A stretch of DNA of 62,858 nucleotides, filler included, from Vannella sp. (lineage: Eukaryota): the NCBI GenBank assembly GCA_023345925.1. It is 8 parts of 8 records of this genome, joined end to end, with 100 filler letters (N's around TTAATTAATTAA, not from the genome) between each part and the next. Parts side by side here need not be neighbours in the genome. Positions count along the whole stretch, not along the records: positions 21,424 to 26,688 come from JAJQQN010000430.1; positions 26,789 to 37,381 come from JAJQQN010000563.1; 6 more parts are not named here. One strand, 5' to 3'. Position numbers and translations under genes: made by a program. Every line of letters starts with the position of its first letter. Position 1 is the stretch's first letter. Positions 24,062 to 33,921 of this stretch are shown one piece after another. Under the pieces are notes generated by a model. It saw nothing but the letters and a program-made list of their open reading frames with translations, was not told where the DNA came from and ran no database searches.

Positions 24062-25399
24062 TTGAGGGTTGCTGTTGTTGGTGGTGGCGCGGCGGGGTTG
24101 GTTATGGCTCGTTGGTTGATGGAGGAGGGTGGTTGGGAGGAGGTGGTACTGTTTGAACAGGCATCCGGGGTGGGGGGCACTTGGGTGTACTGCCCGGTGA
24201 AGGATTCGGCTGCGCCAGTGTTCTCTTCGATGTATCGAGACTTGATAAGCAACTTACCGCGTCATGTGATGAGTTTCTTGGATGAGGACTTTCCTGGTGA
24301 CCTTCCAACCTTCGTGGGACATGAAGCGGTGGCTTCCTACCTCCAAAGATACTTTGAGAAGCATTTGCTCCACTCCATTACGACTCACTTCAACACCAAG
24401 GTGATCCAAGTACTCCCATTGGACCATATGAATGCTTTATGTGGTCGGTTTGCGATCCAATACCGCCGGGAGGGAGAATCTCAACCTCAAACGGAGGAGT
24501 TTGATTGTGTGGCGGTCTGCAATGGCCACCACTCAACGCCATTCATCCCCGAGGTTCCAGGGATTGAGAACTTTCGTGGAGAGATCGTTCACGCTCATTG
24601 GTACCGCACCAACGCTTCGTTTAGAGACAAAATAGTTCTCATCCTCGGTTCGGGTGCGTCTGCTGCTGATATCGGACAAGAGATCGCCCAAGTGGCCACA
24701 ATGATCTATCATAGCACTAGGGGAGCAGCTGGCAACTCTTTCCAGCTCTCTCAAGCCCCCAACGCATGTCCCATCCGATCTCACTCCGCCATACAAAGGG
24801 TCCATCCTTCTGGGGCCTTTGAAATGATGGATGGGAGTATTTTAGAGGGTATTCAGACTCTTTTATTGTGCACTGGGTACCATTATGACTTTCCTTTCCT
24901 CGATTCTGAGCGAAACAAAGTCCAACTGGAGTACAAACGGGTGCTTGGGCTCTTTCAACACATCTTCCCCTTCAATAGCTACCACCCTGACTGGAATTCA
25001 AGTGAGGAACTGACACGCCCCTCAACGCTAGCTTTTGTGGGCCTGCCTTGGAAAGTGGCTCCGTTCCCTCTCTTCGATATCCAAGCGAGATCTATCGCAC
25101 ATGCTTGGAGAACCAATCAACTTCCTTCTTCTAGCACCATCCTGGATAGTCAAACAACAGAAAAGCTGCATGCCGAAGCGTTTTCTCTCCCTCCTCATTA
25201 CTTGCACATGTTGGGAGATCGACAATGGGCTTATTTCCGCTCTTTAGCGGGTTCTGATCAAGTCAAAGAGAAACTCCCTCTCCTAGAGCTCCTCTTCAAA
25301 GCCACATCCTCCCTCCGTGAGAAGAATCCACATTCCTACAAGCAGTTCGAACTCATCCTCTCGTCCGACCCCTCAGAAATTCAATGGCAGCCCTGCTAA
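24062..25399 (+). CDS. Flavin-containing monooxygenase (start codon unresolved)
   Basis: VAVVGGGAAGL, GGTW, FRGEIVHAHWYR, LILGSGASAADI, CTGY. Confidence 0.9.
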   Translation: MRVAVVGGGAAGLVMARWLMEEGGWEEVVLFEQASGVGGTWVYCPVKDSAAPVFSSMYRDLISNLPRHVMSFLDEDFPGDLPTFVGHEAVASYLQRYFEKHLLHSITTHFNTKVIQVLPLDHMNALCGRFAIQYRREGESQPQTEEFDCVAVCNGHHSTPFIPEVPGIENFRGEIVHAHWYRTNASFRDKIVLILGSGASAADIGQEIAQVATMIYHSTRGAAGNSFQLSQAPNACPIRSHSAIQRVHPSGAFEMMDGSILEGIQTLLLCTGYHYDFPFLDSERNKVQLEYKRVLGLFQHIFPFNSYHPDWNSSEELTRPSTLAFVGLPWKVAPFPLFDIQARSIAHAWRTNQLPSSSTILDSQTTEKLHAEAFSLPPHYLHMLGDRQWAYFRSLAGSDQVKEKLPLLELLFKATSSLREKNPHSYKQFELILSSDPSEIQWQPC

Positions 25400-25665
25400 C
25401 GCGAGGGAGAATTCTGTACCCTGTCAGACCTTGGTGGGATAGTTCTGTTTTGGGTTTTCGAAGAAGTGTTGGAGTTACTGTGCTGTGTAGCAGGTCGATT
25501 AAAGCATAGTAAATACAGCCTGGCCCTTGTTGTTGTCATGATCCTGCAAGGTGACCATGTGCTTCTTCAGGAGGGAAACATGCGAAAAGATGTTCACTTG
25601 AGCTGAAGAGAAAAGGTCTCCTGTCTCGTAGCACGGAAGACCAAATTGCTGAATTGATCAATAAA

Positions 25666-25726
25666 AAGTGATCCAAGGCAAGCATTGAAGTGATCCAAGG
25701 CGAGCATTGAAGTGATCCAAGGCGAG
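25666..25726 (+). repeat. 22-bp tandem repeat, ~2.8 copies (probably intronic)
   Basis: AAGTGATCCAAGGC(A/G)AGCATTG repeated head to tail. Confidence 0.9.
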
Positions 25727-25798
25727 AACATTTATTCAGAGGGTTGGGGAATGTCAGTTGGCAGCAGGAAAACGACTCGCACAACCTTGAGGCCCCAC

Positions 25799-26688
25799 TC
25801 ACACATTGAGGACATGTGTGGAAAGTATAGGAGTGAAAGCAGAGTGGAATGCAAGATGATTGGTTGCATAAGCGAGTGTTGTCTCTCTTTGTTGAAGGAG
25901 AGCCCACAAGTGGCTCAGGAAGAGATCTACCTTCTTGTTGCTGCGGAGCGCCATCGCGCCGGGCTTCAATTGCTGATCACAGCCTTTCTCTTGAGTTTGA
26001 AGAGTCGATAAAAAAACGAGGTCAACCGAGTCCGGTAACCAAAAGTCCTTGCGATAGAGGTCGACGTGATCCTCAATCAGAAGAAGAGATTGGCCAGAGC
26101 GAAGAGCCTTTCGTGTCATAGCAATGGCTCGCATGATCCCTTCTCGGCTGTTGCTGGGAACTGGCTCTCCCGCTTCCTCTTCATCTGGTTCGTAAAAGAA
26201 AGGCTCTCCCTTCTTCCCAAGCAGGGTACTGGCTTTACCGTCCAATGCGAAGATGACGTATTGTCGCTTCAATGCCTTTGCTGCTTTAATCCATTCCCAC
26301 ACGCTTTCCATGTCATTGCCTGATGCAGTGCGAGCCAGAGCCATTGTGGAGTTCCAATCCAGCGATAAAGGCAAAGATGCAGCAGAGTGAATTGGAGCGA
26401 AGAGGGCGGACTGATCAAGAGGAACACTGTCGAGCAGTCCGAAGAAGTAACGGTTTGTGCCTGTGGAGGTCGATGTGCACTCGAACTTTTCCCAATCAGG
26501 ATCGCCTTTTTCGTGAAGGAAGTTGGCGATACGGAGGCAACCCTCTTCTAGTGCCCTTGACAAGAACATTAGGCTTTTCCAGTCTATTCCGTATCGGGGT
26601 TCGTGAGGAGTGTTGATGACGTTGACATCAAGGAATGAACTCCGCTTGGGGCCGTAAACATACCACATCCAATCGTCCATGTACCAGT
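25799..26688 (-). CDS. Partial gene, possibly a divergent nucleotide-diphospho-sugar transferase (GT77-like); 5' truncated, 3' exon unresolved
   Basis: Long ORF; weak resemblance at YVIFALD...KALRSGQSLLLIEDHVDL; no clear DxD. Confidence 0.4.
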
Positions 26689-26788
26689 NNNNNNNNNNNN
26701 NNNNNNNNNNNNNNNNNNNNNNNNNNNNNNNNTTAATTAATTAANNNNNNNNNNNNNNNNNNNNNNNNNNNNNNNNNNNNNNNNNNNN
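26689..26788. other. Artificial contig linker
   Basis: N-TTAATTAATTAA-N. Confidence 0.98.
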
Positions 26789-27106
26789 TTGGAATCAGAT
26801 TGAGAAGGCCGCTGATGCTCATGGTGACCTGTATGTAGCTGAGTAAGAATGATCGTTCTGCATGTCGCGCTCCTACTTAAAGCTCCCCAAATCATGATCA
26901 GGGCCTGAACGATACTTGAAGTGCCGCAAAAATCCACCCAAAAAGGACTTTTCCCCGAACGGACAAGCAACTTTCCGAAATAGGTCAAACGGGCGTTTCG
27001 GAAGCCAAATATTTTCTGGCTTATTCGGCGAACAGATGAAGAAGAATTTTGGACATTCAACTGATGGTGGTTCCAGGAGGGCTCCATTGTTTGAGGGCTC
27101 AAGCTG

Positions 27107-28883
27107 ATGGAACCTGTTCTTTTGGACGAGACAAGCTTCGATGTCATCCTTTACGGCACAGGGGTGACAGAAAGCTATTTATCTTCGTGCGTGGGCCCAA
27201 GGAGATGAAGGAATGGGACTTACAGAGTGTACAGGGCTTTGACGGTGGCAGGGAAGCGCGTTTTGCACCTGGACGAGAACGACTTTTATGGTTCCACCAC
27301 CGCTTCCCACCCACTCCAGAAGCTAGACGAGATCCTGAAAGTAGTATCTCCTGTGGTATCATTGAATGGGCCTGTTCCCTGCCTCGAGGAGCTTCCAGCC
27401 TCCCTCACGAGAGTTCAGCTCTTGCGCAACCCTCAAACCATCTCTCATGGTTCCACACAGTTCTTTCAGCACCCTCCTGAGTCTGAAAAATCTTCTATGG
27501 AAGGAACTGGGGAAGAGACAGTGTCTATCGAGGAGCAGCTGAGCAAGGACTCGCGAAAGTACGACTTGGACCTTCTCACTAACCTGATGTGGGCTCGTGG
27601 CAGCGATGTTAACAACCTGGTCAAGTCTGGAACACACCGTTACTTGGAGTTCCATTGTATGAAGCAGTCTCTGTTGTACCGACAGGAGGAAAGCCGGTTT
27701 CTTGTTGCTCCTGTCACGAAGAAGGACATCTTCCGCAGCAAGGATATCTCCCTTGTAGATAAGAGGAACCTTATGCGCTTTGTCACAAACATAATGCAGC
27801 CCACAGAACAGCTTCCAGAGGTCCCAGAGGGCGGACAGAAGGCAGTAGAGGAGGTTTCCGGGACTTTTGTCGATTTTATGACAAAGGATAAGCTGTCAGA
27901 GAGCCTTCAGAGCTTAGTTCTGTACATGGTTTGCCTTTGCGCTACTGAAGCAGGTGTGCAATCCAGCTATTCTTGGGTTTAAGCCTTCTAATGGGTTGGC
28001 AGAGGCCCTATCCTTGAGCGTATCAGAAGGCAAGGAACGAGTCCAACGCTATCAGAAGTCATCTGGGGTCTATGGAGGGACTCCGTTCTTGTATCCTTTG
28101 TATGGCATCAGTGAGATTACTCAAAGTTACAGCCGACTGGGAGCAGTCAACGGGGGCTGCTTTATTCTTGGGAGAGCCATCGATTCTCTTGTGGTGGAAG
28201 AGGGCTCAAATCAACTTTGCGGGGTTGTTTGCAGTGCAGGTCAATATCTGAAGGCCCCTGTTGTCGTCATGTCTGCTCGGCACTACCCAGGAGCCACAAT
28301 ATCTTCTCGTTGCTCCCGTTTTGTTGCCATCACAGAGAAATCCCTTGTTGAAGAAGAGAAGCTCATTCACGCTATCATTCCCCCAGGACCAAAATCTTCT
28401 ACCATCTTCCTCTCACAGTTAGATAGCACTACTAGCGTTTGCCCTCGAGACAAGTGTAAGTCCCTCAGATAAGTTACTATTGTAAAACTCACCTTGAGCG
28501 AAGATATCGTCCATTTGACTTGTAAATCTGTGGGCTCTTCCGCTCAAGAAGACCTTACATCTACAGCTGAGCACATTCTGAAGCTCCGTTCCTCTCAAGA
28601 AGGAGAAAAGCCATCCGCTCTGTACTCCGCCTTCTTCAACACAAACGAACATTCCATTCCAGAAGATTCTAATCCTTTACCAGAGGGTGTTGTCATCTGT
28701 CCAGAGTTCTCCCCTACCGAATTCGGGTTTGACCGTCACCTTGCCTTCGCAAAAGCCCAATTCAACGCAATCGTCCGAATCTTAGCAACCGGAACGGAAG
28801 GCGAAGAGATTCCCCAGTTCTTCCCGCCCCGTCCCGATCCGAATGAAGTTGCCGCTGCTAAAGAAGAAGAGGAAGAGGAGTAA
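27107..28883 (+). CDS. CHM: Rab escort protein (REP/CHM/Mrs6, GDI family; multi-exon)
   Basis: FDVILYGTGVTES...GKRVLHLDENDFYGS; LVKSGTHRYLEF; KDIFRSKDISLVDKRNLMRF; TPFLYPLYGISEITQSYSRLGAVNGG; FFPPRPDP tail. Confidence 0.88.
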
Positions 28884-28884
28884 C

Positions 28885-29940
28885 TCAAACATGGATATCT
28901 TTACTTGGGCGAACCGAGCCGTACTGTTCTGTCACATAAACTACAAGTCCCAATGTCGCCACCAGACTGTCTCTGACGTAAGCCTTTAAGGGGTGGTTGG
29001 AAGCAATAACCCCATCCTCTTTCAACTGTTCGTAGATGTTAACGAACTTGGAAGCCACTGGCAAATGCTCTTGCAAAACGCCAGTAAAAAGGAGAGTGCA
29101 TGTACTCAAGCAGAGCACCGTGCAGGCAAAGAAAGTCGCTCTCCGCTTCTTTGTTTGGACTAGATGGAAGAGGGCCACTTCAATGTGCGGGTACATCAAA
29201 GAAACAAGAAGTGTTTTGTCCAATAGTGGAACTACGGCACTTTGGTGATCCAGAACAAAGTCCACAGCATTCAGATTGGGCTCAATATAGTGTAGTAGCT
29301 CTGTAACTAGGTTGTTCTTGTGCCAGACGGGCATTAGATAGCGTTTGTACGTCTCCAGAGGAGTGGATTGGACAAGCCACTTTCTCATCTCATCCGCACC
29401 AAAGGTTTCTTGGATGCTGCAGTGATTAAGTGCCTCCTCTTCATCACTAGGACATGCGTGATCGATAAAACTCTTTGTCAGGCCCCGTAAGATGTTCATT
29501 TGGAGCATTCCGTACTCCACTGCTGACAGTATACCACGTGAAGCCCCCAAGCCAGCTCCTATTAGAGTAGAATAGAAGAAGGCATCGATAGGAAAGTCTG
29601 TGACAGCAATGCCAGCCAGATCCCCGAGGATCTGGTAGGAGCCGACGCCAACAAGGCTGAACGCAGTGCCCCACAGGGCCACGCCATTCAGAACGATAAC
29701 GCCTCCTCGGAAGTACGCTCGAACAACCGAAGGCTCCTTGATACGAACGGAATCAACAGATCTGTTCGCTTGGTTCTCGCTATCACTGAACTCGTGCGCC
29801 CGCAGGATAGCCTGCTGCTTCACCGCGAATCCATCCACCACAACATGAGCCCTCCCCATTTCCCCCTTCATTGGTTGCGCTGGCACGGTCGAATAGCGCC
29901 TCCCCAACCCTCTCCCAGCCCTCACCACCGCCCGCCGCAT
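28885..29940 (-). CDS. Hypothetical membrane protein with predicted mitochondrial presequence
   Basis: 351-aa ORF; MRRAVVRAGRGLGRRYST; several hydrophobic segments. Confidence 0.6.
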   Translation of the reverse strand: MRRAVVRAGRGLGRRYSTVPAQPMKGEMGRAHVVVDGFAVKQQAILRAHEFSDSENQANRSVDSVRIKEPSVVRAYFRGGVIVLNGVALWGTAFSLVGVGSYQILGDLAGIAVTDFPIDAFFYSTLIGAGLGASRGILSAVEYGMLQMNILRGLTKSFIDHACPSDEEEALNHCSIQETFGADEMRKWLVQSTPLETYKRYLMPVWHKNNLVTELLHYIEPNLNAVDFVLDHQSAVVPLLDKTLLVSLMYPHIEVALFHLVQTKKRRATFFACTVLCLSTCTLLFTGVLQEHLPVASKFVNIYEQLKEDGVIASNHPLKAYVRDSLVATLGLVVYVTEQYGSVRPSKDIHV

Positions 29941-30020
29941 AAGAATGGCCTCAAAATCAATAATTCATCACACAATAGCAACCAAAATCCCTCCCAGTTA
30001 ATCCACAAGGGGAATTGGTC

Positions 30021-30034
30021 TGGTCACGTGACCA
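30021..30034. promoter_or_regulatory. 14-bp palindrome TGGTCACGTGACCA (E-box/CLEAR-like) in a 115-bp divergent intergenic region
   Basis: Perfect palindrome between starts at 29940(-) and 30056(+). Confidence 0.4.
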
Positions 30035-30055
30035 CGGTCATTGGTGTCCGGTCTT

Positions 30056-32014
30056 ATGTCACGAACGCGGGTGAACGGGACAGATGCGCTGCTGTTTTGG
30101 GGAAAGGAGATTGCGGGGATGTATGGGGTGGAGGTGAAGAACTTCACAACGTCGTGGAAGGACGGAATGGCGTTCGCGGCGATTGTCAACCATTATCACA
30201 AGGGCGGTATTGGCTTGAGCTCCTTGTCCCCTGCGGATCCGTTGAAGAATCTGGAGTTGGCGTTCACTGCTGCACAAGAAGATGGTATTCCACGCCTCTT
30301 GGAGCCAGAAGACTTCATGATTGCGGTACCTGACCGCTTCTCGACGATGACTTATCTCTCTGGGTAGGTCTGACAGAGCTGTGATGTTGCCATACTAACT
30401 TGTGTGCTGATATGAAGGATGTATCAGGTCTATAGGCTTGGAGAGAGGAGGATCAAGTCCACTCTGTCGAGTAGTTCGCTTACGAACCCAGTTGTGACGC
30501 CTCCCCGGCTCGTGGCCTCCCGATCATTCACTTCTCTCAAAGAAGAGAAGACAGTCAACTGCTTTCAATGCTCGCTGAGTGTGCCAGAGGACCAGGCGGT
30601 GCAGTGGAAGGAGAACAACTATCACCCTCGCTGTTTCTCCTGTGCTGGACCATGCGGGGCGCAGCTTCAGTCTACTAATGGTGTAGTAAGGATCAAAAGC
30701 AAGCCGTTCTGCAAGATCTGCGCCAAAGGAGCCTTCCTCAAGGCAAAGGAGAAGCTCCTAGAGGACGGACAAACGGTTCTCCTTCGTCAGAGAGAGAAGG
30801 AGGTGCAAGAGGCACAAGACAGAGACTCCAAAGCACTACACTTGAAGCAAGAGCAGCAGAAACGAGCTAAAGAGGAAGAGAATCGTCAGAAGGAGGAGGA
30901 AACCACGCGGAAAGAGAGAGAAGCGCAGAGGCGGGCTCGTGAACAGGAAAAGCTGAGAATGGAGGAAGAAGAACAACGCAAAGCAAAGGAGAAGCTTCTA
31001 GATGCTGAACGAGCAGTTCTGTCTCGAAAGAGAGAGAAGGAGGCGCAAGAGGCTCAAGAGAGGGACTCCAAAGCCCTGCGTTTGAGGCAAGAAGAGCAAA
31101 GGCGAGTGGAAGAGGAAGAGAATCGTCAGAAAGAGGCCGAAGCCGCTCGGAGAGAGAGAGAAGCTCAGAAGCGAGAGCGACAACAAGAAAGGTTGAGAAT
31201 AGAGGAAGAGGAACAGCGCAAAGAACGAGAAGCCAAAGAAGCACGCGATAGGAGTAGAAAGGAGCGCGAACTGCGCGCACAGGAGCAGGCAAGAGAGGAG
31301 CAAGAGAAGAACGAGCGAGAGCGACTTGAAAAGCGTGAGAAACGACGCAAAGAGCTTGAGCAACAGCATCAGGAAGAAGCAACTGAGCTTGAAAGACAAA
31401 GAATCGCCAGAGAACAGCGAAGAAAGCTCTCCAAAGTCTCTCCTTCAGTGCAAGTGCCTTTGGCAGAGCTCAATAGAAGTACAGACCATACTCAGGACCC
31501 CGTTGTTGCCAACAGAGAAGTACAACGAGAAGTGCGAAGACAACAGCGTGAGGAACAGGAACGGAAAGAAGCAGAAGAGCTAGAACAGCGTGCGGAGGAA
31601 CGCCGGCTTCAACGAGAGGCTCGCCGTGAATCTATGCGCCTTGAGCAACAGCGCATTGACGAAGAGACTCAAAGAGCCTCTGAAGAGCGTCGATTGAGGC
31701 GCCAAGCAACCCGCGAACTAGTGAATGCACCTTCCATTGTCACTCCTTCCTCCACCCCTGGCAATGAGAGTACGGCCAGGACCATTACACCCATCACACG
31801 AGCATCTTCTGTGTCCTCCCAGAAGCTGGCCGAAGAACTCCGCCAAATGGAAACCGAAACGGCGCGGCTGGAACAGGAATGTCTTCTCCGACGAGAGGAG
31901 AGGCAACGCCAAGCCACAGCAGACGCCATTAAAGCGGAGGGAGACTCTCTGAGGCGCCGAGAAGAGCGCCAGCAACAACGAGAAGCGCGGCGAAGAGCTC
32001 TCGGACTGACTTGA
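30056..32014 (+). CDS. Calponin-homology + LIM + E/R/K-rich helical protein (MICAL-like-type architecture); intron ~30364-30418
   Basis: VEVKNFTTSWKDGMAFAAIV...LELAF...PDRFSTMTYLS (CH); CFQC...YHPRCFSC...C...PFCKIC (LIM). Confidence 0.85.
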
Positions 32015-32285
32015 GGTACTAAAACACATCCGCCCGCAGAGCCGTTCTTCACCCACAGATTCGACAACTTGAGCTCTGAAGGAGATGCAAAGGGTGTTCG
32101 GTAAGAGAATCCGAGAGCTCTCGCTTTCCATTGAAAGTCGTGCAATTCCGGCGAAACCTCAACTCTCTCTCTCTCTCTCTCCCACTCTCTCTGTGGCAAG
32201 AGTCCTGCTACGAGGGAATGCGGCAACAATGGGATTAACACATTTAATCGTCCATCACGAGGTGGTTGGGGGGATAACATAGACC

Positions 32286-32485
32286 TTAGTAGTTGCTCTT
32301 GCACTTGCCACAAGCTGCAGAGTTTCCAGAGAGAGTGGGAGTCTACAAGAGTTAGAGTGCATCAAGGCGAAGGCTATTCCTACTCCATCACCGATATTGC
32401 GCTTGCATTGCTTGCACATCGCGGTACCACAGCTCTTGCACGAAAGAGAATCAGAACTGGAGCAGCCAGAAGACCAGTTGCACAT
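32286..32485 (-). CDS. 52-aa Cys-rich microprotein (intron 32343-32383)
   Basis: Splicing GTAGGA...CTCTAAC...TAG gives MCNWSSGCSSSDSLSCKSCGTAMCKQCKRNIGDGTPTLSGNSAACGKCKSNY. Confidence 0.7.
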
Positions 32486-32666
32486 GTTGAATCAAAATGA
32501 CAACAATTTCCACCAACGCAACCGAAAATGACGAAAATTTTCGTCTCAAACGCCCAAAAGGGTAACTCCGAGCTCTCTTTGAGCCCCATTGTGGAGCCCA
32601 ACAGCATGTAAATGGTTCATAGTTGGCTTTCAAGCGCTTTTGAGTCATTTTATCAGCCCCTGCAGG

Positions 32667-33725
32667 ATGCCTTTTGGCTCTCACACTCTCCTTCTCACGG
32701 ATGAGGGTGTTTTGATGGCTTTTGGGAGCAACTGTGCTGGTCAGTTGGGACTTGGTCATTGTGAGACTCAAAGGAAGCCTGGAGAGGTACCATGGGAGGG
32801 TCCTCGGCTGGTTCAAGTCGACTGGGGCTACTTTCACTCCCTTCTCCTCGACGAGGAGGGCTGCGTGTGGGAAGCAGGAAGAGACAAAAGTAACTATCAC
32901 TTTCAGCGTGTGGTAGGTCTCCCTCAAGTGCTCCTGGTTGCGGCTGGCTTCCATCACAGTGCGGCTTTGGACTGTGACGGCGTTCTCTGGGTGTGGGCAG
33001 ACCGCTCCTCCGTCCCTTGGGCTTCTCCTGAACCAAAAAAGATGGAAGGTCTCCCTCCAGTTCTCAAAGTGGCATGTGGATGGAGCTTCCTCGCGGTAGA
33101 GACCGAAGACGATCTCTTCGTCTTGGGGAACAACGCTAAAGGCCAGCTGGGCCTCGGTCACACAAACAGGGTTGATCAGTTCATTCCTTTGAACATACCT
33201 GGACTCCCCAAAGGCCCTCTTCGCCAACTAGCTGCTCAATCCCTTGGAATACTCATCATCGACTCACAAGGGACCATTTGGACCGCTGGTGAGAACTACA
33301 ATGGTCAATTAGGGAGGAATGGGGACGGGTTGGTGTTCCAGATGGTCACTGGTCTCCCTCCAATGCTCAAAGCGTCAGGCGGATGCAATCATACTCTTGC
33401 CATTGATGAGACTGGCAGTGTCTGGGCCTGGGGACTCGGTGCGTTTGGCCAACTAGGCCTTGGAAGCATCATCAGTTGCCATCAACCCTCCATAGTAGTT
33501 CCACTTGAAGGAACATGCTCCATTATCAACGGCGACGACCATTCTCTTGCCATTTTCCCAGATGGCAGCTTGCTCGTGTTCGGAGAGAACTCTGAAAGGC
33601 AACTCGGACTTCCCAACAAATCTCTCCAACTCATCCCAACTCTCTCACCGTTCCGAGTCTCTCCCCCAGCTTGCCCTTCCAACCGCTCCAAAAGCGCCCG
33701 CTCCACTCTCCAGGCTTTATCTTAG
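32667..33725 (+). CDS. Intronless RCC1-repeat beta-propeller protein, paralog A
   Basis: MPFGSHTLLL; repeated G.N..GQLGLG and V.CG..H; C-terminal RSKSAR. Confidence 0.9.
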   Translation: MPFGSHTLLLTDEGVLMAFGSNCAGQLGLGHCETQRKPGEVPWEGPRLVQVDWGYFHSLLLDEEGCVWEAGRDKSNYHFQRVVGLPQVLLVAAGFHHSAALDCDGVLWVWADRSSVPWASPEPKKMEGLPPVLKVACGWSFLAVETEDDLFVLGNNAKGQLGLGHTNRVDQFIPLNIPGLPKGPLRQLAAQSLGILIIDSQGTIWTAGENYNGQLGRNGDGLVFQMVTGLPPMLKASGGCNHTLAIDETGSVWAWGLGAFGQLGLGSIISCHQPSIVVPLEGTCSIINGDDHSLAIFPDGSLLVFGENSERQLGLPNKSLQLIPTLSPFRVSPPACPSNRSKSARSTLQALS

Positions 33726-33921
33726 CACCCCAGTCTTCGAACAGTCTCTTCTAGTGCAATCATAGGCCCAAGAACCTGTTGAAAGTCTCTAAAGTAAAAA
33801 AGGAACGAAAACAGGCTTTTGCCGAAGTGATCTAAAAATAGATCAGCTCACTGAAACCCCTCAACAAAAGACTCTTCGGAAGTGCGGCTTTGGCATTATC
33901 ATTCCTTCCTTCCACTCAGCA

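Noticed and set aside
26789..27050. Possible gene fragment at contig start
   Set aside because: Too short to assign strand or product
32163..32192. (CT)n microsatellite, and a 10-bp duplication at 45831-45850
   Set aside because: Ordinary slippage repeats
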